Source: Carpediemonas membranifera BICM
Lineage: Eukaryota > Protista > Fornicata
Direction of reading: 5' to 3'
DNA: 64,000 bases
Assembly: GCA_019828565.1 (NCBI GenBank)
Contig: JAHDYR010000009.1
Location: 186,001-250,000, forward strand
Positions within the stretch are counted from its first letter, which is position 1. Every line of letters begins with the position of its first letter. Under the pieces are notes generated by a model. It saw only the letters and a program-made list of their open reading frames with translations, made no database searches and was not told where the DNA came from. Shown piece after piece: positions 32,969 to 45,694 of this stretch. The translations under genes were made by a program, and so were the position numbers.

Positions 32969-35900
32969 ATGACCGAAGGCGAGGACTTCTTACAGCAATA
33001 CCTCGCCTTGGTGAGCGAAAATACGGCATAGTATGTCCCCATTCCGCCCTCTTTACGCAGCCTTGATGTGGCCAACGACTTAGTTCAGAGCACCATCGAG
33101 GATTCCAAGCAGATCGCCGACTTCTCGGAGGAGGCAGTGCAGAAGGCGCAACAAGAGCTCGAAGAAGAGAAGCTCCGTACTTCTGCGGCCGTTACGATCC
33201 AATGTATGATGCGTTCCCGTTTGGCCTGGAGAGTTTTCGTACGTCGGCGCGGTGAGAAGGCCGAAGAGCATAGAGCCGCGAGTCGCATTCAGGCACTCTA
33301 TAGAGCACACAGTGCACAGCGTCTTTTGGCGGAGATGCGAGCCCGACATGCCGAGGAGATGATGAGGGAGAAAGAACGCGAAATCGAGGCAATGCGGGCG
33401 AAACTTGCGGAAGCTATGCGAGCCAAGCAGGCGGAGGCGCCACATCTGAAGACGGTGCACCTCTCCCACACGCCAGATCCGGCCTCCATCAAGCCGGTTA
33501 CGGGGCTACTGCTTGCCCCTGTCGATCGGCAGCCGCGTCGCCCGCCCGTCCCAACCACACCGCCGGAGATTGACCCTGAGGCGACGATGCACGTCACAAG
33601 CACGGCAGCCCTGGGCCCTGTGAGCCCGGCGTCGAGCTCCCCTGGTCTCCCGCCTCCCACGGCCCTTCCCGCCCCGTTCGTTGTGGACCATGACGTTCGA
33701 GTGCCCAAGCCTGAACCCAGACCACCCAAGCCGTCGCAGCTGATCGCGGTGGACTCCTCTGTGATACAGGAGGAGAACTCGCAGTCACTCAACCTGAAGC
33801 GGCGGGAGGAACTGTGCTCCCCCACTGCTATGCGCGTGGAGCGGCAGGAGTATCTCGTAGACGAGGCCCGGTTCCTGATGGAGAAGGCGCCAGCACCACC
33901 GCCTGCTGCCGAGCCCCTGCCTCGCCCCGCCATCGTTGTGCCCCCTCCCGCGCCAACGTCCGAGCCGGATCCAACAGAAGAGATCGTCGCCGCATTTATG
34001 ACAATGTGCAGTTTAAAGCGAGCCGCTGTGGGCCGGGCGAGGGAAGCGCACGCCGCTCTCAAACCTCTGGCCCCGGCCCCGATACCCGCCCCCCCAGTCC
34101 CAGAGACACCTGAGCCTCTCGCCCTCGAGGACAACGACGACCACGGAGTAGTCGGCCCCATTCCGGTCGAGCTGCGTCAGCTTGTAGGTGCCCAACGGAG
34201 TAGACTCCTCGCGGGGGTGACCTCGGTCGACCTATCCTACCGCAGCGCAGTGCTCGAAACCAGAGACCGCCTGGCGGCACTACTACCCAACCTGCAGGAG
34301 CTGGTGCTTCAGAAGCCGACTGCTCTGCCGCCCCGTGGCATCGGCCACCTCCTCAGAGGCCACGAGAGATTGCGGACCTTAATCTGCGAATCCTTTGAAT
34401 TACTCGAGATGCCAGACCTAGTCCTGCCATCACTCGAGGTTGCAGTACTCTCCCAGCTTGGCCTGGCAGTCGCCCCCGCCCTATCAAGTCCTGGACTGCG
34501 GCTCCTCTCTCTCCACGGCAACCAGCTGACTGCCCCTCCACTCCTGCCGACCCGCCTGACCCAACTCGACTTGTCATCCAACCAACTTCCCACGGTGGGT
34601 CGGGCACTCGACCAATGTAGATTCCTGGTTAGACTTGACTTGAGTGATAACTGCCTCACTTCCATGCCCGACCTGGGCAATCTGCCGAATCTGACACACC
34701 TTTATATCTCCGGCAATGCCCTGACCAGCTTGTACACTCCCACCGCCATGCTGCCGCTTCGAGTGCTGTGGGCGAGCAGGAATCGACTCCAAGGCCTTGA
34801 TGAAGGCTGGGGCGCCAGCTTCCCCTGCCTTGAGTCGCTGCAGCTGGATGAAAACTCGATCGCCCAGATCGCTGTGAGCCGCCCCATGCCGTGCCTGACT
34901 TCGCTGCAGCTTGCTTTCAACCAAATCGCGGATCATGCGTCGCTGGTGGCGATTGCGACAACTGCGCCTAGGCTGAAGACACTCGGAATCAGCAATAATC
35001 CCGCAGTTGAGGTCGGTCGCCGAGCCAGTTATCGCGTGCTCCTTGCCCGCCTACCCCTCCTGACTGAGCTCAACAACGAGGATGTCCCCAGGACCGCCAT
35101 GCCCGAGAATCCAACCCCAGTGACCTACCTTCGCGCTGTGGCGGTGCGGGTGCCGCCCGGGCATACGAGCCATACCATCCCTGTGGCCCTGCACCGGCGG
35201 GACGGACCTGGCTTCCCCGACGTGGACGGCGACGCTGTGCTTCGGCGTCGACTCCACCGCCACTCCCCACTCGACCTGCTCGCCAGGCGTGCAGGGTGCA
35301 TGCATGGCGCCAGGGCTGCCTACCGCTCACTCCCGCCTCCCGCGGCCACACCGTCCAGTGTGGCCAGGGCTGCCGTCTCTGATCGCCGGATCCTACAGGA
35401 TGCCGCCGCCCGGTCAGTGTCGAGGTCCGATGGGCCAGAGCGCCAGGTCAGGGTCGACCATGCAGTTGTGGGGGTTCCTCTTGTTGCCGGGCCGAGAGTG
35501 GTCACTGCTGAATTTGATCGAATCAATGACGGGATGTTCAAGATCAGAAAATCTGGTGCATTGATTCACCGCTGGTGGCGCCACCGCAAGGACACTGCCA
35601 GCATCCTCCTGCACCTATCCGTAGTCGCCCAGGCGTTCCGGTTCCGACACCATCACTCTGCCCGCGTCATCCAACGTGCCGCGCGTGCCCGCATTGCCTT
35701 CCTTGCCCAACAGAGGGCAGCACTAGAGCAGAAGCTGAGAGAGGAAGACGCGGTGCGACACCGCATGGCTGAGGCCGCCGTGACTATCCAGTGTATGTAT
35801 CGCGTGGTGCGAGCTAAACAGATGGTTAAGGCCGCCCGAGCGCACAAGAAGCGGATGGAAGAAGCACGGCGGAAGCGGGAGGCGGAGGAGAAGGCCAGGG

Positions 35901-36715
35901 CTGCGGAACAGGCTGCCAAGGCTGCCCGAGAGGCAAGGGAAAGGGAAGCCGCGCTGGCCGAGCAGATGGCGCAGCGAATGGCGGCTAAGACCATGGATGG
36001 GTCGGCCAACTCAACGCCCAGGACGGCCCGGACACTCGCCCCCGCCCCCCAGTCGAGGCGCGGGTCGGCCACGCCTGGCAAGAGTCCGTTGGCTGCCACG
36101 GCGTCGGTCAAACCACTGTTCGAGCCCCCCGCCGCGGAGGTGGGTGATCTTGACGCTGACCTCGACTGGGTGAATGATCTAAGCGAACCGAGCGACCTCG
36201 AGGATGCACTCACCGCCTCGGTCAGCACGATCTCCATCACCCAACCACCCGCCCCAGCACCCGAGCCTGAGAAGCCCAAGCGGTCCTCCTCTGCCCGAGC
36301 CCAACGCTCTCTGCTGCCGGGTCTCTCCATGAGTGCGGGAACACCGACATCAGACAGTCTATCCCTCCAGGTATCGCGTGAACAGTCGAGAACTGAGCGG
36401 GTAGCGATGCAATGGGCCCAAGAAGCTTCGGACGAGACTGACGAGTTGGCCCGCGCTTTCATCAGGAACAGGCGGAAGTACACGAAGATCAGAAGGACCG
36501 AGGCGAAGCGGAAGTGGATAGAGGATCCCCTGGCCAGGCTCCAGAACTTCCGGCAGAAGGCGGGTATTGCTGAATCGAACCCGTCGACTTGGCGGAGTCA
36601 CAATAGCTCGGCTGTGACGAGTCCAACACCCGGGTCGGCTAGTACGATGTATCCAAAGCCTCCTATCCGGCCCAAGGTGGCGCTGGGAACCAAGGTCATG
36701 GGCTTGGACCGGTGA
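32969..36715 (+). CDS. Leucine-rich repeat and IQ-motif protein (LRRIQ-like); 30-nt intron 33031-33060
   Basis: IQ motifs (IQCMMRSRLAWR, IQALYRAH, IQCMYRVVRAK) and LxxLxLxxN repeats. A GTATGT...CAG intron joins ATG 32969 in frame. Confidence 0.85.
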
Positions 36716-36945
36716 TTGTACATATGCAGGATATATACTTATGTTATCGGATGCAAGAAGCCGTTTAATGAATAAAGTTCTCTTACTTGATGAACCTTGG
36801 CGGTGTGATGCGATTCTTCCCCATGCATTCGTATTTGAGGTGACAGCATCGTGGATGAGGTGATTAGCTCGACGTTTAGTCCCCTCATCTGGGCACTGCG
36901 ACCGGTGCAGTTTTGCCGTGATCATCGTCATCGATCACACAGGAA

Positions 36946-37512
36946 ATGAGCTCTGACCGTGATATCGTTGCGGAAGAGGTCAAGATGCTCCAAGAGCAGG
37001 AAGAGAGACGCAAATTGGATGAAATAGCGCAAGCCAAGACCGTCGAGCGCCAGGACGCAGTCCTACTCACAATGCTCGGCGATATGCCCTCACTGGACGC
37101 AAAGCCGAAGGACAACATTCTATTTGTTGCAAGACTGAACCATATCACCGACGAAGAGAGCCTTCGTTCGATCGCCGAGATCAGAACAGGTCTCACAGTG
37201 AAGAGCGTCGACATCAAGAAGGACCCGGACACAAAGGAGTCACGTGGATTCGCGTTCATCGAGTTTGAGACAGACAGGGATGCTAGTATTGCTTATAAGA
37301 AGCTTCAGACGATCGTTGTCGACGACAGAAGGCTGCATGTCGACTTCGCCCAATCAGTGAAGCGGGATGCCAGGAAACCGCAGGGAGGGAGACATAGAGA
37401 AGAGCCACCGCCGCCCCCACCACCGGAAGCGCCTGAGAGTGGGGAGAGGGTGCGTCGGAAGGTGAAGCGGAGGGTCAAGCGGTGCGACGCCAAGAAGTAC
37501 CGCAAGGACTGA
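36946..37512 (+). CDS. RRM protein resembling the RRM half of PPIL4/CYP59
   Basis: LLTMLGDMP..DAKPKDNILFVARLN, SRGFAFIEF, DDRRLHVDFAQSV. Confidence 0.75.
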   Translation: MSSDRDIVAEEVKMLQEQEERRKLDEIAQAKTVERQDAVLLTMLGDMPSLDAKPKDNILFVARLNHITDEESLRSIAEIRTGLTVKSVDIKKDPDTKESRGFAFIEFETDRDASIAYKKLQTIVVDDRRLHVDFAQSVKRDARKPQGGRHREEPPPPPPPEAPESGERVRRKVKRRVKRCDAKKYRKD

Positions 37513-37672
37513 AATGACGCGTTCTATGCAAGATAGAAGGGCCAAGCCTTATGAGTGCCATTTTTTCGCACCCGAGCTTACCCCCAAATTACCCTAAACT
37601 GTTGATTGATGATTTGATTGTAAGAAAAAATGCAGGAAAAAAGCTTGTGAAGAACGAGTTGCAGTGTCGGAG

Positions 37673-38320
37673 ATGGCTGAAGTCCCCACATTTAAGCTCG
37701 TGCTAGTTGGTGATGGCTGCACTGGCAAGACCACTTTTGTGAAGAGACACAGAACCGGCGAGTTCGAGCGCAGATACCACGCCACTCTTGGTGTTGAGGT
37801 CCGTACTCTTCCCTTCTACACCACTCGCGGCCAGGTTAACTTCAACGTTTGGGATACCGCCGGCCAGGAGAAGTTTGGTGGCCTTCGTGACGGCTACTAC
37901 ATTGGCGCCAACGCTGCCATCATCTTCTTCGATGTGACCTCCCGTATCACATACAAGAACGTCCCTAACTGGCACCGCGATCTTGTTCGTGTCTGCGAGA
38001 ACATCCCCATGGTTCTCGTCGGCAACAAGGTCGACTGCAAGGATCGCCAGGTCAAGGCTAAGAGCATCACGTTCCACCGCCGCAAGAACATCCAGTACTA
38101 CGAGATCTCCGCCAAGACCAACTACAACTTCGAGAAGCCCTTCAAGTACCTCGCTCGTCGCCTCTCGAACGACCCCAACCTCGAGTTCACTGAGGAGCCC
38201 GCCGTCAAGCCCCCGGATGCCGACGTCACCCTCGATCGCGAGTACATCGCCGAGCAGGAGCGCCAGCTCGAGCAGGCCGTCGCCCTCCCCGTCCCCGCCG
38301 ACGACGATGACGACTTCTAA
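37673..38320 (+). CDS. RAN: GTP-binding nuclear protein Ran
   Basis: [41 protein letters not shown], acidic DDDDDF tail. Confidence 0.98.
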   Translation: MAEVPTFKLVLVGDGCTGKTTFVKRHRTGEFERRYHATLGVEVRTLPFYTTRGQVNFNVWDTAGQEKFGGLRDGYYIGANAAIIFFDVTSRITYKNVPNWHRDLVRVCENIPMVLVGNKVDCKDRQVKAKSITFHRRKNIQYYEISAKTNYNFEKPFKYLARRLSNDPNLEFTEEPAVKPPDADVTLDREYIAEQERQLEQAVALPVPADDDDDF

Positions 38321-38648
38321 AGAGCATCTGAAGGATATAAATGTGGAATCGGATTTTTTGCCATTACTGCGCTGTGCCCTTGCGTAATCTGCTGCCAATA
38401 TAGCACTAATATGGTCTTTTCACACTCGTTATGAGACTTGCAGCTTGTACTGCCGACCTGAAGTCTGAACTCAACTACTTCGTTCGTTCAGAGCCCACCC
38501 GACAGGCCAACCTTGGAAGCCTGGAAAAGCTCTAGTCAACACGGACGGCCAGCCAAGACGCCCGCCACCCGAGTTAGACTGATCTCGTCCCATTTATACC
38601 ATATGTATTGTCGTAAAGGGCTTGTCCCCTGTCCGCGGCAGTTGTTGC

Positions 38649-40271
38649 ATGAGCGACACTGTTCTCGCTGTTGCAGAGATTGTACGAGAGCTTATTGCGC
38701 TGTACAACTCATCTCCCCAACGGCTGAACACACAGCGTGTGAATAAGCTGAGGAACAGCATCGCCTCCAGACACAAGCTCCCCTGCACACCGAAACTCGC
38801 CGAAATCCTCCGCGCTCTCCCTCCTCAGTACCTCAAGCCCATCGGTCCGTATCTTATGCACAAACCCGTTCGTACTGCCAGCGGCGTTGCCGTTGTGGCC
38901 GTCATGTGCCAGCCTCACCGCTGCCCCCACCAAGAGGCTACCGGCCGAGCGTGCGTTTACTGTCCTGGTGGTGTGGACTCGGACTTTGAGTACTCCACGC
39001 AGTCCTACACGGGCTTTGAACCGACTTCGATGCGCGCCATTCGCGCCCGCTACGATCCCATCGTTCAAGCCCGCGGCAGGCTCGAGCAGCTCGAGCGTCT
39101 TGGCCATAACACCGACAAGGTAGAGTATATAGTGATGGGCGGAACATTTATGAGTCTCCCTAAGTCATACAGGGACAGATTCGTCACGGACCTCCACGAC
39201 GCTCTCTCAGGCCACATATCAGGCACCGTAGAGGAGGCGGTGGAGTTCTCCCAGTACAGCAAGCGGCGCTGTGTCGGCATGACTATCGAGACCCGGCCCG
39301 ACTTCTGTCTGCCTGAGCACATAGAAGACATGCTCCAGTACGGATGCACTCGCCTCGAGGTGGGCGTGCAGACGGTGTACAGGGACGTCATTCTCGCCAT
39401 CAACAGAGGCCACAGCGTCAAGTCTGTCGCTCGGTGCTTTGAACACTGCAAGCTGGCCGGCTACAAGGTCATTGCGCATATGATGCCCAACCTGCCCGGA
39501 GTAGACTTCTACCGCGACGTCTGGGCGATGCAGGATCTCATGGAGTCGCCCGCATTCAGACCAGACGGCCTCAAACTCTACCCGACCCTCGTCATCAGGG
39601 GGACCGAGCTTTACCAGCAGTGGGTTGACGGGCAGTTCGTGTCGTACCACCCAGACATCCTTATCCTGCTGTCTGCCCGGTTGCTGGCACTCTGCCCGCC
39701 CTGGGTGAGGGTGTATCGCGTTCAGAGAGATATTCCTATGCCGCTGGTCACGAGCGGGGTGGAAAACGGGAATTTAAGGGAGCTAGCCGTTAATAAGGCA
39801 AAGGAGATGGGCCTGGATGTGAAAGAGATTCGGGCCCGTGAAGCAGGTCTGGCCGGCATCAAGCAAAACGTGGTTGCCGATAGAGTTGAGCTTGTCCGCC
39901 GGGACTACGTTGCCTCACGGGGCTGGGAGACCTTCCTTTCGTACGAGGACAGAGAGGCTGACATTCTCGTCGGCATGCTTAGACTGCGCCGACTCAACCG
40001 AAACGGGAGTACCCGACCCGAGCTCACTGGGCTGGCCTCAATTGTCAGAGAGCTCCATGTGTACGGAACGGCTGTTGCTGTGGGGGATAGGGCGACCTCG
40101 TCCACCCAGCACGAGGGCATTGGCACGCTGCTCGTCGAGGAGGCGGAGAGGGTGGCGCGGGACGAGCACGGCAGCACCAAGCTCGCCATCATTGCGGGTG
40201 TGGGTACTAGGGGGTACTACGCAGGCCTGGGCTATCGTCTGGAGGGCCCTTACATGGTCAAGGACCTCTGA
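38649..40271 (+). CDS. ELP3: Elongator complex protein 3 (radical SAM + KAT)
   Basis: [22 protein letters not shown]...CVYCPGG, STQSYTG.EPTSMRA, ETRPD, RELHVYG, QHEGIG. Confidence 0.97.
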   Translation: MSDTVLAVAEIVRELIALYNSSPQRLNTQRVNKLRNSIASRHKLPCTPKLAEILRALPPQYLKPIGPYLMHKPVRTASGVAVVAVMCQPHRCPHQEATGRACVYCPGGVDSDFEYSTQSYTGFEPTSMRAIRARYDPIVQARGRLEQLERLGHNTDKVEYIVMGGTFMSLPKSYRDRFVTDLHDALSGHISGTVEEAVEFSQYSKRRCVGMTIETRPDFCLPEHIEDMLQYGCTRLEVGVQTVYRDVILAINRGHSVKSVARCFEHCKLAGYKVIAHMMPNLPGVDFYRDVWAMQDLMESPAFRPDGLKLYPTLVIRGTELYQQWVDGQFVSYHPDILILLSARLLALCPPWVRVYRVQRDIPMPLVTSGVENGNLRELAVNKAKEMGLDVKEIRAREAGLAGIKQNVVADRVELVRRDYVASRGWETFLSYEDREADILVGMLRLRRLNRNGSTRPELTGLASIVRELHVYGTAVAVGDRATSSTQHEGIGTLLVEEAERVARDEHGSTKLAIIAGVGTRGYYAGLGYRLEGPYMVKDL

Positions 40272-40479
40272 GGCTGCGGTGGTCTTTTTAAGTCAGCGCG
40301 ACGTTTGTCTAAAGATTTGCGGTTGATGAGAGTCTTGGCGCGACTGTATGCGTTGGCTATGATCGACATTTTGCTGCAATCTACCAACCGAATGCTATTT
40401 CTCAATATTTATGTGAATAACATGTCTCCATGTATCTTGTGTCGAGACGAAATCCAACCCCTTGAAATCTCCCTAAAAA

Positions 40480-41560
40480 ATGGCTACCGAGCGTCAGAAG
40501 CTCGTTATTCAGCGTCAGATTAACGGTATCAACCACTGCCGTCAGATTCTGGTCCCGACGAAGGGCGAGTTCCGCAAGGGCTTCGTCCTCATCTCGATCA
40601 ACCAGTTCAACATCGAGCAGGTTTGTTACCGCCATGGCCTGCGTTCAATGGTCATTTCCCCATCCTTTTACTCAGGAGCGAGTTGTTCTTCTCACGAAGA
40701 AGAGCTATTGGCGAGTGAAGTACAACTTTGACACAAAATCGATCGAACGCTCAGAGGAGACGCCCCTCTCAGAGGTGACACACATCGAGAAGGGTTACTT
40801 CAAGTACCCCAAACTTTCTCTCACCAAGGTGTTCGACGTGGGCGCCCAGAAGCAGTACGGCGTCCGGATCTACCGCAAGCAGGCCGAGGCGAACGGCGTG
40901 ATGCTCGACGGCGAGACTGTGGGCATCCGTGAGTCAGTCAATCCTCTCAAGAAGATGCAGCCCTTCCGCACGTTCAGGGCCCTTGACTGCGTCACCTACG
41001 AGTACGGCAGGGAAGTCATCAACGACCTTTGCGCCGCCTTCCAAGAGGCCCTCGAGGCCATCGCGCCCGACTCCGGCTTCTACGTGTCCGAGTGCCCGCT
41101 GGTTCGGTCCGACGTCATTGGTCCGTTCTCTGCCGTCCTCAACGCCTGGCAAGTGGGTCACTACAACAAGGACCTCATTGACGACGACGATGACTGGGAT
41201 GAACCTGTCGTGAAGAAGGAGAAGAAGCCGAAGAAGGAGAAGAAGGAGAAGGAGAAGGCACAGGAGGCTGAGGAGGCGGCGGCCCAGTTTGAGCAGGAGG
41301 CGGAGATGGCCGCGCAGACAGCACTGCCGGAGAGCGATGATGAGGATAAGCCCGCTGAAGAGGCCGAGGAGCAGGCGGTGGAGCCCGAGGCGGAATCCAA
41401 GCCTGATGCTGAGGTCGAGGGAGAAATGGTTGAACCTGAAACTGAGGCCGTTATCGAGGCCGAGCCTGAAGCGGAGGTTGCGGCTGTTGAGACGGAGGTA
41501 GCACAGGTAGAGGTAGCTCAAGCTGAGGCCGACGAGGAGGAAGAGGGGCTTGAGCTCTAG
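40480..41560 (+). CDS. hSac2-domain (TPRG1-like) protein with acidic tail; 55-nt intron 40621-40675
   Basis: The spliced sequence LISINQFNIEQ-ERVVLLTKKSYWRVKYNF matches the hSac2 pattern; in-frame GTTTGT...CAG intron. Confidence 0.7.
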
Positions 41561-41744
41561 GCGGCACTTGTAAATGTTATGACAACTCTGGGTGCGTCAA
41601 GAATGAGATGATTGGCCATGAAGATAACCGTTTACAGCAGCGATTATGCTGATAGGCCGCCCTGCCTGACGCTTCCGTGCCCGCAAAAGCGAGCAGGATA
41701 GCGACCAAAAATCGAGAAGACGCCTCAGACGATTGGAAGACTCT

Positions 41745-42347
41745 ATGGGCGTATTCGGCAGCTCTAAGAAGAGGAGGACGTTCTATCAGGCAGTTTACTC
41801 TTTCGATCCCGGAATTCCAGGCAACGACAGCGAACTTCCCGTCAAGAAGGGCGATATTCTCGAAGAGCTTCCCTTTGACGGCAATCATGAGGGCTGGGTG
41901 TATGTTTGTAAGACAAAGACATACGGGCTTGATACTCCAAGCGCGTCAATTGAGCCAATACGTGCGGAGAATGGCTTCGTCCCCTTGAACCGGGTTCAGC
42001 TCTACAACTTCGATCCTAAGGCCGCCAAGCCACGGTCAGGACGCGCCTCATACACACCAGGGACGCAGAATCCTCTTATGGACACCGGTGAGCTCGATTT
42101 GCCCGAGAACATCGCCAGCACGCTCGAGCGTTTTAACACGCTCTACGAAGCCGCCGAGGCCCGCCGCAAGTCACGCTATGAGACAGTACTCCAGCTGACC
42201 AACGACATGAGCCGGATGTTAATGGACATGGCGGCCGCGAAGGAGGACATCCAAGGCAAGATGGACCAGCTGAACGAGACGCTGGGGCAGTGGGGACAGC
42301 AGATAGACGAGTCGAGAGCCCGGCTGGCTGACATCCAGGGCGAGTAG
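41745..42347 (+). CDS. SH3 domain + coiled-coil protein
   Basis: QAVYSF...ELPVKKGDI...EGW...GFVPLNRV. Confidence 0.8.
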   Translation: MGVFGSSKKRRTFYQAVYSFDPGIPGNDSELPVKKGDILEELPFDGNHEGWVYVCKTKTYGLDTPSASIEPIRAENGFVPLNRVQLYNFDPKAAKPRSGRASYTPGTQNPLMDTGELDLPENIASTLERFNTLYEAAEARRKSRYETVLQLTNDMSRMLMDMAAAKEDIQGKMDQLNETLGQWGQQIDESRARLADIQGE

Positions 42348-42506
42348 GGCGGCGTGTAGTATTTATAAAGACCGGCTTGGCGATTGATCCGAGAATATGT
42401 TGGTGAGCTGGGTCTAGCGGGTGTGCTGGGGTGATGCGTGGCAGTGGGACTGTCTACGGAAGCGGATGTGGTGGGTGCGAGTCGGGGCAGTTTCAGACAC
42501 GCAGCG

Positions 42507-45500
42507 ATGGCGCTCGAAAAGGACGATATTGGCGACAATGCCAATACGACAGATGATAACGCCGTTGAGAAGCGTTTGTCGAGCTATGTCATTCCCCTTT
42601 TGCTCCCTCTCGTCGTGGGCATCTACTTTTCCCACATCGAGACGCTTATCCGCAACGTAGCGCTGGGCACCGTGGCTATCTACCTTCTACGGTCCGTGAA
42701 TGCTCATTTTCTGTCACTTGTGGTGATGACCCTCCTCGTTATGAGCACGGTGATCGCACTCTTTTCCCCCATCTTTCAGGCCTTCCTATACGGCGGTTTC
42801 GCCACGCTGCACCTCCGCGCCGTGGCATTTGCCCAGTTAGTCTCCCTCCAGAGCATCACCGCGGCGCTGTTCATGGCCGTCCAGTCCCCGGCCCTCTATG
42901 GCCTCCACACGTCGTTCCTCAACGCTCTTAGAGCCATGCTCCTCATGCTGGTGCCCCCGATGACCACCATCACCACGTCAGTGCTGCTCATGTTCTTCTT
43001 CTCCGACCGCTCCTTCCCCCTTGCAGTTTGTGTCGCCGAGGCCGCTCTTCTTTCCATCTTCGCCAGGCCGTTTGATGTCAAGGGCGCTGCACACACCGCC
43101 CATCTTATTGGAGCCGGCTTTGTGGCCATCATGCTACTGACTGTGCCGATCACCACAGCTCTCCTGCTCTACTCGTCCTTCTGGGCCGACTTCCTCACAC
43201 TCACACTGAGTCTTATCATGCTCGTTGGTGCCGGTGCCATCAAGATCTTCACCTTCCTCCCGGCCCGCGCCATCGCCGCACTCAGCCCGAGCCTACGGCC
43301 CCACATTACACGGGCGCTCAAGGCGGCCTCAACCATCTCGGACCGCAGGGCCATGATCATCCCGGCCGCCACGATGGTGCTGTCCCACGCCCTGCTCGCG
43401 ATGGTCGCCCCACCCCCCGCGAGCTTCATTCTGTGTGGCCTCCTCGTCCTCTGCGCAGCTCCGTTTCTCCTCATAGTCGAGCCTCGCACCGAAGGCACCG
43501 CACTGCCCCACAGCGAGAGGTCCCGATTCATCCTCGTCGCATTCGTCGCGTTCATGCTCATTGCCGTGGTTGTTGTCGACGTAATCGACTCTGCCAGCTC
43601 TACCCTCGTCCTTGCCCTCACAGTGCTCGTGCCCGCTGTATGGGCAGTCACTGAGCTAGTCAAGGTCACACTCGCCCCGATCACTGTCAGAGTAATTCGT
43701 GCAATTTATGTCATGATTTGGATCGACGTCGTCGTCCTGCCCCTCCACACCCTCGCCGAGAAGTCCCTGGTTGACACTGTAGTCCACCGCATGGCCATGC
43801 TGGTCATTGCCGGCATGCCGTGCCTCGCCCTTGAGACTGGGCCAATCCTTGAGTCAAACAAAGTCCACCCCGTGGCGCTCTGGGCGATCTGGTCAGCCGT
43901 GGCAACTGTCACAGTGCTCAGCTCAGACGTAGTTGTCTCTCTCGTGGCTGCGGGCGGCTTTGTGATGGGGTCCCCCGACATGGATGCCCTGGTCCCGAAC
44001 ATCGAGACGGCCTTTGCCCTCTCCTCCCCTACAGGGTGGGTCCTCCGCGCGGCCATATGGATGGTCATCTCTGGCGCCCTCGCCGCCTACTCTGCCACCC
44101 ACGTCGCCGCTGCCGAGGATGAAAACGACGCGCCCGCCCTTCCCGGTGCCGACCAGCCCAAATTGTCCCGGTCCGAGCGCATTGCCCGCTTCTTCTATAG
44201 CCCAGACACCCGCCCCGCCCTCTCCCAGCGCATGCTCCTCCTCGGAGTCGCCCTGGTCGCTGCTGGCGGATTTATCACAGTCATGGATGGGCCCTGGACT
44301 GAGGCAGACATCCTCGAGACCCCGCCCAAGGTCGGCAGCGAGGTGTTCCTCGCCGCTGCGGTCCTCACCCTACCACTCTTCGCGATGATCATGCCCATGG
44401 GCCGGTCCCTGTTCTTTACGATCATCGTCCTCCTCGGAACACTCTTCGGCATAGTAGCCGTGCCCGACGTGTTCTCCGCATTTGTTCTCGTCGTCATCGT
44501 CATCCAGGTCGGCATCACAGTCGTTGCCTCAGTCGACGCCGCCATAACCGCGCTCACATTTATGACTGTCCTCCCCCTTCTCCTCTGGGTCGCCGGGTCG
44601 GGCATCGTCTACGAGTCTGTTGAGGTCTCGTCCGCCATTCTCACGGTCCTCACCACCCTCGCCCTTGTCGCCGTAGCATGCGGCCTGGTCCTGGCCATCA
44701 CGTACCGTTACATGTACTTCCACCTCCTCATTGCCATAACCTGCACAGGCATGGGCACGAGCTCCCCGCCCGAGGACTACATCCCCAAGTTCGGGTCGAC
44801 GTTCCACCAGTTCATCCTCACTAACACATGCAACGAGCTCTCTCGTCGTGCTGGACCCGCGGCCGTCAGGGCTGGGGCCATGCTCTCCCGACTGGCGTTC
44901 GCCGCGTCGTTCCTGGCCATCGGCTCGTACGGTATGGCCTGTCTCTGGGCCTCGCTGTCTGGCATCACTGTCCACGTCTTCTTCGTCCTCAGCCCGATGC
45001 TCCTCGTCATCACCCGCATCAACATCGCCACTCCACGCAGACGTCTGGCCGTCCTTGTATTCGTGCTGTCACTTAGCCTCTTCCTCCGTTGTCTCACTGA
45101 GCTAACAATCGGCGTCGCTAAGGTCGTAGACGTCCGTTCCGCCATTGTCGGCGGTGACCGGACCATGGAGTGGGCCGAGCTCTGGCGCTGGGGTGTGGTT
45201 GTCTGGCTGGACGGCCTCCGCGTTGCTATGGGTTCTGTCGGCGCCATCCTCCTCGCCCTTGCACTCTGGGTCGGCGACTCTATCGCCCGCGGGGACTCGG
45301 CCGCGTTGTCTGATGTGGCGGCGTCCCTCGGCATTGAAGTGAGCGACTCTGCAGCCAGCCGGGCGATAGGTCTCATGGGTGTGTCGACCAAGAGGCTCCG
45401 GAGACAGATCGCCTCGTTTGTGAAGACCGTGGGCTCCTGGCGGCTCGCGTTCGTCTTCGCTCTCGGCGCGGTGTTCTCGGCTTTTGGGATATATGCAACG

Positions 45501-45587
45501 TACGAGGGCGCTGGCTTGCTCAACCTCGTGGGGCTGGCAGGTTTCGTTTATGCCATCTATGTCACGTGGGAGCTCAAGGCGGAGTGA
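42507..45587 (+). CDS. Large polytopic membrane protein (>20 TM segments), function unknown
   Basis: ~1026 aa dominated by hydrophobic helices. Size and topology are loosely reminiscent of plant NEF1 (unverified). Confidence 0.8.
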   Translation: MALEKDDIGDNANTTDDNAVEKRLSSYVIPLLLPLVVGIYFSHIETLIRNVALGTVAIYLLRSVNAHFLSLVVMTLLVMSTVIALFSPIFQAFLYGGFATLHLRAVAFAQLVSLQSITAALFMAVQSPALYGLHTSFLNALRAMLLMLVPPMTTITTSVLLMFFFSDRSFPLAVCVAEAALLSIFARPFDVKGAAHTAHLIGAGFVAIMLLTVPITTALLLYSSFWADFLTLTLSLIMLVGAGAIKIFTFLPARAIAALSPSLRPHITRALKAASTISDRRAMIIPAATMVLSHALLAMVAPPPASFILCGLLVLCAAPFLLIVEPRTEGTALPHSERSRFILVAFVAFMLIAVVVVDVIDSASSTLVLALTVLVPAVWAVTELVKVTLAPITVRVIRAIYVMIWIDVVVLPLHTLAEKSLVDTVVHRMAMLVIAGMPCLALETGPILESNKVHPVALWAIWSAVATVTVLSSDVVVSLVAAGGFVMGSPDMDALVPNIETAFALSSPTGWVLRAAIWMVISGALAAYSATHVAAAEDENDAPALPGADQPKLSRSERIARFFYSPDTRPALSQRMLLLGVALVAAGGFITVMDGPWTEADILETPPKVGSEVFLAAAVLTLPLFAMIMPMGRSLFFTIIVLLGTLFGIVAVPDVFSAFVLVVIVIQVGITVVASVDAAITALTFMTVLPLLLWVAGSGIVYESVEVSSAILTVLTTLALVAVACGLVLAITYRYMYFHLLIAITCTGMGTSSPPEDYIPKFGSTFHQFILTNTCNELSRRAGPAAVRAGAMLSRLAFAASFLAIGSYGMACLWASLSGITVHVFFVLSPMLLVITRINIATPRRRLAVLVFVLSLSLFLRCLTELTIGVAKVVDVRSAIVGGDRTMEWAELWRWGVVVWLDGLRVAMGSVGAILLALALWVGDSIARGDSAALSDVAASLGIEVSDSAASRAIGLMGVSTKRLRRQIASFVKTVGSWRLAFVFALGAVFSAFGIYATYEGAGLLNLVGLAGFVYAIYVTWELKAE

Positions 45588-45694
45588 GCGGCGGTTTGTA
45601 AATATTGATACTAGACTTTGATACTAGACAGTTGCCTCAGCTGACGCGACACAAGCTTGGGCAATCGCGGCGTGTGCAGTTTTGCAGGACCAGT

